From positions 96,410,001 to 96,474,000 of the forward strand of contig OX597816.1 of assembly GCA_951406725.2 (NCBI GenBank): DNA of 64,000 nucleotides. Direction: 5' to 3'. Shown piece by piece: positions 42,335 through 54,400 of the stretch; position 1 is the first letter of the stretch; every line of letters starts with the position of its first letter. The translations under genes and the position numbers were made by a program. Origin of the DNA: Octopus vulgaris (Eukaryota). Below the pieces are notes generated by a model. It was not told the DNA's origin. It did no database searches and saw only the letters and a program-made list of their open reading frames with translations.

Positions 42335-42909
42335 TACTCAAAGCAAATATTATCATTAACAAAGAAAAAAGAAGAGAAAGAGTAAATCATCTACTTTAGC
42401 AATCACTGTATTTGCAAAGGTCAGATATTAGGGCACTTACAGAAGAACATTAACTAATATTGACACGAAATACTCAAAACATGCACCATACTATTTTAAT
42501 TATAATTGCTAATTTAAAGCTTTCCGGTGTGTTAAATGGAATTCCATAAAAAGCCGAAAAAAAGGTCTTTATTGAAAAATATTTCTCAATATCACGTGAT
42601 ACTATCCAATAAGCAGCCAACAGTTAATGGCATCGATTCTCAATAGACACTCAAACGATAGACTAAACATCGGCCCTCTAGCGATACTGCTTCTAGTCTA
42701 ATAAAAAGCAATTACAGATTCTCGAAGTCAATGTATCAAATGTAGCATGGAATTGATAAGGGAGTTAAAATCATTTGAAGTTTTCAACTTTATAACCTCC
42801 TCTCTCACTCTCCCTCTTCTCTCTCTCTCTCTCTCCCTCTTTGACACACTCACTCACTTCCCACTCTTTTCCTTTTACACACTCACGCAGACAGATACAA
42901 TAACACTCA

Positions 42910-42960
<51 letters not shown>

Positions 42961-43134
42961 CATATGCATGTATGTATGTATGCATGTATGTATGTGCACG
43001 GGCACGCACACACACAAATACATACACATTCACATAAACACATACACAAACATTCTCACCTATAATTTGTTTATTTCACTTTCTCCAGGTTTGCCTAAAC
43101 ACCTACACTTGTACAAACCATCCCTCACGAAATG

Positions 43135-43974
43135 CGTGATATTTTCTATATATCTCTCTAGCGCTTTCCCCTCTTCACTTCACAATATTCGTTTTATCTC
43201 GTGTTAAAATAATTTTTATGGAAGTATGACCACAGTATCTGGTGGTGACACGCAATATTTCGCGTCATTGAGAGAGAAAATATGAATATCATATTTAGTT
43301 AGCTAACCAGATAGAGAAATGTATGCGAATATACATACGTGAATACATCCCGAAACAGAGAGAGAGCAGGAACTGCAGTATCTCAGAGAACGAACGAATA
43401 CATGTGTATGCTTCTTCCTATTTATTGAGGCGGCGAGCTGGCAGAAACGTTAGCACGTTGGACGAAATGCGTAGCCGTATTTCGTCTGCCGCTTCGTTCT
43501 GAGTTCAAATTCCGCCGAGGTCGACTTTGCCTTTCATCCTTTCGGGGTTGATTAAATAAGTACCAGTTACGCACTGGGGTCGATATAATCGACTTAATCC
43601 GTTTGTCTGTCCTTGTTTGTCCTCTCTGTGTTTAGCCCCTTGTGGGTAGTAAAGAAATAGGTACTTCGCCCGTATTTACGTTCTAGATTCAAATGTCCTC
43701 GAGATCGTCTTTACCTTTCATCTTTATGAGGTCAATAACATAAGTGCCAGCTGACTTTGGTAGCATTCGAACTGAGAACGTTAAGAGGGGAGAAATACCG
43801 CTAATCATATTGGCCGGCGTGCTAAAGATTCAGCCAGCATGCTGCCTTAATCGATCGTGTCGCCACCAGATACTGTGATCATACTGCAATAAAAATTATT
43901 TTAACACGAGATAAGATGAATATTATGAAGCGAAGAGGGGAAAGCGCTAGAGAGATATGTAGACAAATATCACG
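43135..43974. repeat. Inverted repeat, ~118-bp arms (43135-43252 / 43856-43974), enclosing SINEs
   Basis: cgtgatattttctatatatctctctagcgctttcccctcttc...cacagtatctggtggtgacacg is the near reverse complement of cgtgtcgccaccagatactgtg...gaagaggggaaagcgctagagagatatgtagacaaatatcacg. Confidence 0.9.
43427..43850 (+). mobile_element. SINE family A dimer followed by an inverted head fragment
   Basis: Full unit 43427-43658, older partial unit to ~43750, then a minus-strand head at ~43760-43848. Confidence 0.85.
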
Positions 43975-44413
43975 ATATGATAGATAAATTGAGAAGGAGG
44001 GGCACATTGATAGATTGAATAGACTACAAGCAAGTGTGAAGATATATAGATTAATACACCGAGAGACATGCTGAAAAGGGGCAGGAATGCATTAAATATA
44101 GAAATATAAACTTGTTACATCTCAGACACTCACGTAGAATCACATACATATACGTATAAGCGCGCACACACACACAAACACAGACATATATATATACAGG
44201 TACAAACCAAAACATGATCTAAGATAATTAGTGTGTAGATAGTATCAGTGAAAACCTTCAGTGGATGGGGTTTCCATAAAACTTTTTACATTACGGCAGC
44301 AAATTGTAAAATAAAACAAGAACATTGAATCTTTTTTCATTCTGATAATCAATTCTACCACCTACACAAACACACACACACAAGAATATAATATATATAA
44401 GCACATACACATA

Positions 44414-44474
<61 letters not shown>

Positions 44475-46182
44475 TTATATATATATATCTACCTATATAT
44501 ATATGTGTGTGCGTGTATATGCGCATATACATATATATTGATATATTTACGATGGGCTTCTTTCAGTTTCCGTCTACCAAATCCACTCTCAATATTTTGG
44601 TCGGCCCAGGGCTAAAGTAGAAGATACCTGCTCAAGGTGCCGCGCATTACCATTGAACCCAATACCTCGAGTTTCCGCAACAAGCTTCTTAACCACGTAT
44701 ATAACCACCCAAATCAAAATAATGCTAACAAATTAACCACATAGCAATTTGCCCAAAAGACAAATCCAAGGGAGAGAAACATTCAAAAGACAAGTGTAAA
44801 CTCTCATTCTGTGTGTGTGTTTTTGGCGGGTGGTGGTGGGGGGTCTATGCGAAATACATTTATTTTAAATCAAAAAATAAAGATACTGGTAGCTACAGAT
44901 GTAAATATGAAATGAACATGAAACAAATTGGTGAGTCTTTGCTGTTGTAAGTAGTCATCCGCCTCAAACTTAAATTCCATATTACATATATGTACATTAA
45001 AAACGGGGACGGGCCATTGGATTACAGCTAGACGGGCGTTTAAAAGCTTTTAGTAAATCGAAGGGGACAATAGTTAAAAAGTTCCAAAAGTCTTGCTTCC
45101 TCACAAATCTTGCCTTCATTAATATTGTATTTCGATATCTAACTACATGTTGATGGCAATCTGGTAAGTTTTTACAGAGGTTATTGCTATGAATGCAATG
45201 TACAAGCAAACCTCAAAACATGTATATAATCGTTTTATATTGTTTACAAATTTATTAAATTTCTGTAATGAAAACTTTATTCTTTTGTTCTTCCTTTTAT
45301 TATATTTTATTTTCCAATACATTGGAAAGCTTTAAAATGCTGAAAACAGTTGCAAAATAATTCGAACCTCTTTAGTTTCCCACCCTAAATGAAGGTTAGC
45401 ATGCTATTTCCTAACTCCAACACTGTACTGACGGTGTTATTATTGTTGGTAGTGGTGGTACTGTGTTTATTTTGACACATTTATAGCTGGCCGAAAACTC
45501 TGTGCAACCCCATAAATCCAGCTTTTTACATATCGCAAACTTCGTCTTTCGCAGGAGTGTCTAAGTCCGGCAACTGTGAATTATCTCGCGTAGAATTATC
45601 TCTCGCTCTAGTGGCGTTCCTACCGAGGTTGTCTCGTCTTCTTTACGAATATACGATTATTGAAGTGGTGACTTCTGCAATGTATTTCTTTTCTTTTAGA
45701 GATGGTATTGCTTTGGATCGAAGACGTGTACTTTAATGGTGGAGTCAATCCTAATTTAAATGTCTGCATTATTGACTTACAATCAATATATACCCCACAG
45801 ATATTTTACTCTCTACCCCATGTCCGCATTATGCCAATAGTTAGTCTATCATTGGATATATAAAACCAGAGTAGATTAAAATAAAAAAATATATTTTTCC
45901 ATTATTTAACACCCTATGTCGGTTAAACAGCACCTATGACTCCTTACCGGAGTAAAATGGTATTCCTCACTATATAAATAAGATATCTTTATATTCAAAA
46001 TACCACAAAAACATAATTTTACTATTCTTCTTAATTTTACTAAACAACCACAAATAATATTCTTGTATCAATCAATTCAGTTAACTTCAGCCTTCGCCTA
46101 CGTATTTACAAATTAGCGCCAATATGAAAATTGATGAGTATATTTCAAGCTATTGTGTAATATATTTCCTTTTACTAATTAT

Positions 46183-46208
46183 ATTCTTTCTTTTCTTCTC
46201 TTTCCCAG
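46183..46208 (+). promoter_or_regulatory. 3' splice site (polypyrimidine tract + CAG) of the FxRIamide coding exon
   Basis: attctttcttttcttctctttcccag ends at 46208, 16 nt before the ATG. A branch-point-like tactaat lies just upstream (~46173-46179). Confidence 0.85.
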
Positions 46209-46224
46209 AATCTTATTAAAGAAA

Positions 46225-47004
46225 ATGGCCGGTCTTTGGAGAATCGTTCTTTTAGCAACAATTACTTTGATGTGTGTGACATCACAATGGGTTATCTATG
46301 TCCAGGCTGAAGAAGCTTCAAGCAGCGACGAATTGGTGAACAGTGCGAATGAAGCTGAACCTGAAATGGATAGTGAAGATGATCTGAAACGAGCAAATAC
46401 ATTTCTTCGAATAGGTAAAGCAAACGGAATTTTACGTTTAGCTCGAAGCCCTAGTTCTTTCCTGAGAATTGGACGTCGCCCCCCATTGCACTTTGTTAGA
46501 ATCGGTAAAGCTCCATCAAGCATGTTTCTAAGAATTGGCAAAAGAGTTGATGATAGCGAAAATGAAGATCTAAACGACTACGATGCAGATAAAATGTCAG
46601 GGCGTGATACCAGAGCCAGTCCATCTTCGTTTCTTAGAATTGGAAAATCAGGAAATGAAGTAGAAGATGAAATTGATGACACGGATGAAACTGTTAAACG
46701 TGTTAACGCATTTCTACGTATTGGTCGACAAAACGATCCATCTTCATTCCTGAGAATTGGTAAAAGTTTGAATAATGAAGATCTCTCTAAGGACAAACGT
46801 ACCAACGCTTTCCTCAGAATCGGAAAAATACCCGCCTCATCATTCATTCGCTTAGGTCGTGGACCTTTCACAGAAGATAATGGCATCAACACTCGTGGAT
46901 TCCGCGGTCCGACACGGGGCTTTTTAAGGATTGGCAAACGCGCAGCGATCCCTGATGGAAGCCATGCCGATTATTTCAGTGATCTAAACGTCAAATCTCA
47001 ATGA
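46225..47004 (+). CDS. FxRIa: FxRIamide (S-Iamide-type) neuropeptide precursor, 259 aa, complete CDS within one exon
   Basis: ATG at 46225 (aaaATGG) opens a hydrophobic signal peptide MAGLWRIVLLATITLMCVTSQWVIYVQA, followed by acidic spacers. Repeated peptides end in G plus K/R/KR/RR: ANTFLRI, SPSSFLRI, PPLHFVRI, APSSMFLRI, ASPSSFLRI, VNAFLRI, QNDPSSFLRI, TNAFLRI, IPASSFIRL, GPTRGFLRI. The xSSFxRIamide motif defines the molluscan/annelid FxRIamide family. The ORF-track start at 46153 lies in intron sequence. Confidence 0.95.
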   Translation: MAGLWRIVLLATITLMCVTSQWVIYVQAEEASSSDELVNSANEAEPEMDSEDDLKRANTFLRIGKANGILRLARSPSSFLRIGRRPPLHFVRIGKAPSSMFLRIGKRVDDSENEDLNDYDADKMSGRDTRASPSSFLRIGKSGNEVEDEIDDTDETVKRVNAFLRIGRQNDPSSFLRIGKSLNNEDLSKDKRTNAFLRIGKIPASSFIRLGRGPFTEDNGINTRGFRGPTRGFLRIGKRAAIPDGSHADYFSDLNVKSQ

Positions 47005-47257
47005 GTCTACAACTATTAATAAAAGAAACCGGTTAAAGGGAACAATTTAGAATTAAAAGAAAAGATTACCATTTGGAAATGATTCTGAAACGAATAAGGA
47101 CTATCACCGACGCAATGAAACAAGAAACCAAAAAATACAACACAATACTTTAAGAATTCCACAAATATACAGAAATATTTCTTCTGAGACAGCTTTAAAT
47201 ACAGGACACAGAAAATATTTTTTGTTCTACATATATATATATATAAATTAGGAAGAT

Positions 47258-47312
<55 letters not shown>

Positions 47313-48340
47313 GTGTGTGTATGTATATGTTTATATATATATGTTCTATTTTGAGAGGGTCATTTTGATTCTCACAAGATGCATCTATTTCAACACACGT
47401 TTTCACATCAGTGTTGCAAAACAAATACTGAATTAAAATATATATGTGTGAATGTGTGTATGTTTGTGTTTGTGTGTATGTATTTGCGTGCAACCGTTTG
47501 TATGTTTGAGTGAGAGTATGCATAATTTGTGTTTATTTGTATGCACGAGAGAATAGATATGTGTCAAAGGAGCGTAAATGCAAAATACCGTGTCTGTAGT
47601 AGTAAATAGAGGGCATTAATATGTGAAGTTCAGACAAATATATCATCGTAGGGACAATGTCTTTTCATGAAATCCACTCCACTTTCAAAACCTGCAACAT
47701 ATCTTACAGCATTCACACACATGCATAAATGCACACACAGTTATAAATGTAAATAAACATATAAATATATACACATATACAAGCAAGCATATATACAAGT
47801 ATATATTCCAGTATATGCACGTATATGTGTAGGTAAATTTTTAGATTTGGTTTGTGTGAATGTATGTAATACATCAGTAGCCTCAGAGTTTGCGTTTATA
47901 AGGTGTGTATATCTGAGTTTATGTCTGTATGTATGTATGTGTGTGTGCATGTGTGCGTGCGTGTGTGTGTGCGTGTGTGTGTGTGTGTGTATGTGTGTGT
48001 GTGTGTGTATGTGTGTGTTTGTCTCGAAGTATGTGTCAGCAGTAAGGGTGTACGTGAAATGGAAGAGAAACAAACAAATCTAAATTATATCAAATTATCT
48101 AAATGAGAAAAGAGAAAGAGCGAAAGATTGAGAAGTAATATTTCCTAAAGTGGATGGTCTGAACTTCATATTTTGGTGTCCAATATTAACGACACGCACC
48201 CAAATTCTAACGAGTAATATCCGGAGGATATCTCTCCTTGTCGGAGAAGTGGACAATTGCCGGTATTTTGCTGTAAATTTCTTACATGATGTAAATTTTT
48301 TTCTTCATAAAAATAACAACCATTCCCCAAAGAAAATATA

Positions 48341-48500
48341 AAATAAAATAAAATAAAATAAACCCTCAGATATCTTATCTGAAATGATGTTGATATTTGT
48401 GTTGAAAACGTAAAAATGATAATAAAAATTGATCATGATATAAAATAATTATGTTTCAAAGTTACTGCATTCCAGAAGGGTTTCTTTCGTTTCTTTATTT
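48341..48500 (+). terminator. Candidate polyadenylation region of the FxRIamide transcript (about 1.4 kb 3' UTR)
   Basis: Cluster of AATAAA at 48342-48362 and 48421, followed by a T/GT-rich tract at ~48481-48500. A proximal AATAAA also occurs at 47018. Confidence 0.4.
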
Positions 48501-48751
48501 AATAAAATATGAAAGCAGCCATTAGATATATTTGAATTCGTTTGATCAGGCAATATATTTTAACAGCTTCCATGATTGATAGATTGGCCAAAGTGGACCC
48601 TCTAAAATTTGAAGTTAAAAGCTAAGCAGTCTATCAAATATTCTCTTTTAAAAGCTACTGACCTATTATAGGTGTAGTCACAATCAATCACCTACTTCTA
48701 GCGGCTTTAGTAGTATTCAGAAAGATTTCTGAAGAACTGCGTATCTGTCTG

Positions 48752-48800
<49 letters not shown>

Positions 48801-48861
48801 ATATATATATATATATCTATCTATCTATCTATCTATCCATCTATATATATATATCTGTCTG

Positions 48862-48918
<57 letters not shown>

Positions 48919-48999
48919 ATGTCTGTCTGTCTGTCTCTGTCTATTTGTCTGCCTGTCTGTATGTATGTTTATATGTATGTATGTATCTTATTCTTTCTC

Positions 49000-49352
49000 T
49001 AACATGCTTGCTTTCTAAACATGTGATTCAGTCCCAGAGCGTGACACCTTGGGCAAGTGTCTTCTACATTAGCATTGGGCCGACCAAAGCCTTGTGAGTG
49101 GATATGACAGACAGAAACGGAAAGAATGAGAGAAGTTTGTCGTATATGTATGTGAATGTGTGTGTGTGTCTGTATTGTCCTGCCATCTCTTGATGACCGA
49201 TGGTGGTGTGTTTATGTCCCCGTAACTTAGTAGTTCGGTAAAATTGACCGATACAAAAAGCACTAGTCCTGGAATCCATTTCTTCGACGAAAACCCTTTA
49301 AGACAGTGCTCCGGCATAACTGTAGTCAAATGACTGAAACAAAAGAATAAAA
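49000..49352 (+). mobile_element. SINE family B copy
   Basis: gacaccttgggcaagtgtcttctac...gtcaaatgactgaaacaaaagaataaaaga. Confidence 0.8.
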
Positions 49353-49799
49353 GAATATATATATATATATTATAATATATTATATACGTGCTCGCACACA
49401 CAGGCACACGTTCACACACATACACACACACACACATACTGAGAACGCATATCAGATGTCATTTCGAGTTCCACAGACAACCTTCGACTATCCAAAGGGG
49501 TTTGGCCCAATATTTACACACTATTATCTATAGTTTTATATGCTTCGAGGTTTACCTTTCCTAAAAAGAATGATTTGATGTTCTCGTTTCTAAATTCTTG
49601 AGATGTCAAAGAAGTTGTCCCGGTTTCCATCGCTCTAAGTGGCATTTTAGGCAGGTTTCTTTACTATTGTCTCAGGTCAACCCAATGAGTTAAATAGGGT
49701 ACCAGGGTGAACATTGAGCAACCACAATGTACCAGGATGAACATGGAGCAACCACTACGAGTCATCCAGATTGTATATAGGTAGAGTACTTGTTAGGTC

Positions 49800-51170
49800 A
49801 TAGGATGGAGAGAGCGTAGGTTGTCTACATTTCAAATTCTTCGACTACACAGACCATACATTTGCGATCTACACACTCGATATAGATAGGACTCGTAGAC
49901 AGGGACCTAGTTACTGGATGTTGAACGTGTCCTTACCAGCAGGAAAAGACTACAGAAATCAGATTAGCGAACTAATTAAGCGACAGTTGACGGTATAATT
50001 GTTAACAATAAGTGGTGGATTGCCTGATGAATGCGATTATAGTAGAATAGATAGCGTTTCTATAGAGCAAGCTATAGTGAGAAATAGGGAGAACTAGTTA
50101 GCAAACTAGGAAAGGTGATTAGTAACGTCATCGAAACCTTTTCTTGGACGTTTCACGCGAAACACGAAAGATGCGTTGTCAGAGCCAAGACTTGAGCGGT
50201 CAAACACGAAGGAACTAAAGCTGTCCGATGTGCCCGAAAAGTGGAAATGCAATTTGGCAACAAGTCTACAATCAGATATTTGATGGATTGAGAGGGAGTG
50301 CGTGCTACTCAGTTACGAATAAATGTATGTGGCTTTCCTGCAGCACTTTGCGCGGCTGTTCGGGGAAGGCGATGGGTCGACGGTAGTAGTGGACCTTAGT
50401 TTGTACCTGTACGGCCTGCACGGCTCTTGACAGCGGACACGAGGTTCTGCGAAAAGCCGATAACAACCACTGAAAACGGGAATGGAGGGGCGGCGATGAG
50501 CGATTGCACAAGTCCCAAATTTGTGGGTTTGGATGGTCTGCTTTATGAATTATATGTGCTCATACCATATTTGTTCGTCGGCCACTTGGTAGACGTCTAC
50601 CCTAACAGGTAGCAGGACAGGAGAATTCTTAGTGTTGTTAGATGGGGTGTGGTAACACTGCCGAGGAAGGACGCCAACATTGAGGACGTTCTAGGGACTT
50701 TTCGGCCCATAATTCTGCTAAGTTTACAATTTTGGCAAAAGTGTTAGCGAAAAGGTTGGCGCTTGTTGTCGATAGTCTGGTCGGTAAAGCGCAAAAGTGT
50801 GCAATCTAATCGACGACAACCTCCACCTTATGCGATACATCATAGAGACATAATAAAAAGGACTGGGACTAACGCTGGCTTCAATGGGGCCCTGATCAAT
50901 TTGAATCTGTCCGAAACATTCGATAGGGTAGACCAGCGTTTCTTGGATGCCATCCTGAAAGCGGCCGGTTTCGGATCGGTTTTCGCTGCAATGGCCAGCG
51001 ACACCTGTTCGGTGATAAAAGTAAACGGCCACCTATCAGAACTGTTTCGCATCGCACGGTCAGTGCGTCATGGCTCCCAGCTGTCGCTTCTTCTGGAGAC
51101 GAGAAGGAGAAACCTTGGGGACCGAGCATATGTTGTTGAACGGTTGAGACATGGCCGTTCCCTTTGACCA
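49800..51170 (+). mobile_element. L1/Tx1-like LINE fragment (RT region), degraded
   Basis: SPKFVGLDGLLYELY, FRPIILL, ILAKVLAKRLALVV and GALINLNLSETFDRVDQRFLDAILKAAGFG..VIKVNGHLSELFRIARSVRHGSQLS are RT motifs of the PGxDG, DxxKAFD and QG type. Confidence 0.85.
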
Positions 51171-51269
51171 CTGAACAGATGTCGTTGTGCATTACAGTGA
51201 TCCATCCCCTGAATACAGGCTCGAAACCGGTAGCAAACTAATTTGCCAATCACCAACGACAGCAACATC

Positions 51270-52829
51270 TCATACAGTAACAATAATAACAACGATGATA
51301 GCGGATATACTGTTACTATGGCTACAGAAGGTAACCACTGAAGAAGAAGTAGCAAAGTTGCATTGAAAGACGTGAAAGTTAATGACAATGTACGGCGCTT
51401 CACAACGATAAGCAAATATAAATAGATCTATAATATAAGGAGTGAAAGGAGCATGTAGAGCATATTTGATAAATAGCATTAAGAACTGTTGCTACATGCA
51501 GCAGAAGATATGAGTAGAAATGTAGATGAAATGTTTGGTAAGAAAATGTTTGGTAACCAGAGTTGAAGAGGAAAAAAGATCATCTGGAAATGAGAACGCG
51601 TGGTCAGTTTAAAAGAAATATACAGGATATCAAGGATAAAACAACATTATCGACATGACTTAAGCGATGCAGTTCGAAGCGTACCACTGAAAGCCTTATA
51701 ACTGCAACACAATACCGAGTTTTTACTATCATTTCGGTGAAGTATAACATCTATAAACTTCTGAGACCCAGGAATGCAGACTCTATTTAGTAAGAGGATG
51801 CGAGATCCTTGCGCAAAAAGAATACAAGCAATGCCATGATGAAGTCTTTACCTTCATTGGCTTTTATATCGTAAATACTTTTCTGCTCTATGCACGAGGT
51901 CTGAAATTTAGTGGGAGGGAGTTAGTCGATTTAATAGACTCCAGTATACAACAGGTACTTAATTTATCGACCTCGAAAAGATGAAACACAAAGTCAATCT
52001 CAGCAGAATTTGAACTCAGAACATAAAGACAAACGAAATACCTATTTCTTTACTACCCACAAAGGGCAAAACACAGAGAGGACAAACAAGGACAGACAAA
52101 GGTATTAAGTCGATTACATCGACCCCAGTGCGTTACTGGTACTTAATTTATTGACCCCGAAAGGATGAAAGGCAAAGTGGACCTCGGCAGAATTTGAACT
52201 CAGAACGTAACGGCAGACGAAATACCGCAAGCGTGCTAACATTTCTGCCAGCTCGCAGCCTTTTTTATGTCGTAAATACTAACAAAAACAGTAACAAAGA
52301 ATTGATGTGAACATGAGCCTAGTAAAGTAACGCCGGAGGAATGGAAAGCAACAAGATATTGTGGAAATATGAATTTCTAATTGATAGATTAACGGAGCAT
52401 CGCTGCCCGTACATGGTCGTATTAAACAAGAAAGATGAATACTGTGGTATCATTGACAAAGCCATACCAAATAACGTGATTGTTGCGACTAAAAAAAAAT
52501 CACCGAGTATTTCGAACTCAAAATAGAGATAACAAGACTATTTGAAATGTGTGAGGGTAATGTAAAAGTGATACCACTTGTGATCGGTCGGAGCATTAGA
52601 GTCAATCCCATTGAAAATTCAAGACTTCTTAAAGTGGTTGGGAATACCAGGCAAGATATGTGTTAAGCATAAAGCAGCCTTGCTAGGTCATGCGCATAAG
52701 GTACTACACTAGGTACTGCACAGGAAAGTATTATCTGTCTGAAGTCCTTGTTGGGACTTGACAGATGACTAAATACGACGGTGCATTTCCCACCTACACT
52801 GTGTGACAAAGTAATAATAATAATAATTA

Positions 52830-52894
<65 letters not shown>

Positions 52895-52975
52895 ATAGTA
52901 GTAGTAGTAGTAATAGTAGTAGTAGTAGCAGTAGCAGTAGTAGTAGTAGTAGTAGTAGTAGCAGCAGCAGCAGCA
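51270..52975 (+). mobile_element. R4/Dong-like LINE 3' fragment interrupted by a SINE dimer; (TAA)/(TAG)n tail at 52811-52975
   Basis: GCEILAQKEYKQCHD..IHWLL/YRKY and KILWKYEFLIDRLTEHRCPYMVVLNKK..IIDKAIP motifs, then a trinucleotide tail. Confidence 0.7.
51880..52262 (-). mobile_element. SINE family A dimer inserted in an R4-like LINE, with TSD
   Basis: TSD ttttat(a/g)tcgtaaatact at 51862-51879 and 52263-52280. Confidence 0.9.
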
Positions 52976-53499
52976 GCTTCAAGTTTGATTGCAAGGCCGG
53001 CTGGTTTTTATGGGATGAGGCAAGTCGATTTCAATGATCTCAGTGTTCAACTGCTACTTATATAATCGGCTCCGAAAGGATGAGAGGAATATTTGACCCC
53101 AGAGCTATTTGAACTCCGAACATAAAGAACCAGGAGAAAGGCTGCTTAGCATTTTGTCTCACAGGGCTTACATATAATTATAAATTACAAAAGCAAGTAG
53201 CAAAATCGGAGATCAGGTGCACAATTCGCAGAAGCGACTAAGGAAATACATTAATGTAGGAAAAAATGCATATAAAAGAAATGGAATGAGACGAACAGTT
53301 AGGGTTACGTCCCACTGGGCTTAAACGTGGAACCTCAAAGATCCAAAATTTCTCTGATTTCAAAAGACGAGTACCTTCCCCCAGATGTGTCCTGCAGCCT
53401 GCCTGTGTAAGCAGATATTCGGTGCAATCATGCAGGTCACTCTCGCCACTCTCACTCCCATCCAGCAAACTTACTGGTAACCAGCATCTTCCTCTCCTC

Positions 53500-54400
53500 C
53501 TTCGCATTCTTCTCCAAGCGAAAGAAAATTAGTCAAAGAGTAGCGCTTGCATTCGGTGCATTCAATGTTATATTTATTTCATCATGGTCACCAGACGGAG
53601 GAAACCTGTCTGTCCTTTCCGCCCAAGGGAAAATGATTGGGTGATACTCCCAAGGACTCGGCTAATAGCTGAACCCGTTCTACTGCAGTAACAGCATTTC
53701 AACTCCAAAACTTAGTTATGCTCAGACACTGAGTGAGTTCATGCATGGAAGACAGTTTTATCCATTTGTGCATATCTTGACGAGGCCCAGCTTATTGCAC
53801 TGCCGTCTCCATGGTGTTGATCCACAATGAGCAGCGACTCTGTAGCACTGTCATGTCAGGAGTTTCTAAAAATTGTCAAAATGTTTCAGGATGGAATAGG
53901 CTGTTAAAGAGATCTCTATCCAAACCCCATAGAATTCCAAGAACATGACCGATGATGTTCATCAATAGCCCTCTCCATATGACATGGCTGATGTACCACC
54001 AATTGTATCCCTTACTGGTAGATAACTATTAGCATTTGACAACTATCCGGTGTGAGGTGCTCAAAAACGCTTCTCTTGCTTCAAGACTGCAATTCCAGCA
54101 AGGGTTAACTGTGAAGAAAACTTCTTTCATTAATGGTGACAACACTCTGAACATCCAACACCATCTGCAGATTCTGCAATGGAAGTGCATTAGTGCCATG
54201 ACATCCTGAATCTTCTGCACAATTGAGTTGGGCTTGATAACAAGAGAACATTCTTAGCAGCAAACTTCGTCCCATCTAAGGAAAGTTAGAGCAGACACTA
54301 CAACCTGTTCCGATGAAATCTTGAATAGGGCACAACGATCTAGTTATAATACATGATGGATGCAGTGTATGAGATCAGTACCTCTACTCATTCTTCTAGG
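53500..54400 (-). mobile_element. Highly degraded LINE (RTE/BovB-like) fragment
   Basis: Weak minus-strand similarity (LQMVLDV, NCSLEA, helical RT-thumb-like text) with no intact motif. Confidence 0.3.

Noticed and set aside
45540-45700. Acceptor-like cttcgtctttcgcag and GC-richer block upstream of the neuropeptide exon
   Set aside because: No good donor follows and the frames checked close quickly; cannot be supported as an exon without RNA data.
46153-46224. N-terminal extension MCNIFPFTNYILSFLLFPRILLKK of the 283-aa ORF
   Set aside because: Starts at TTG and runs through the branch point and polypyrimidine tract; the true start is ATG 46225.
46296-46937. Two antisense ORFs (81 and 119 aa) over the neuropeptide exon
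   Set aside because: Shadow frames of the repetitive sense CDS.
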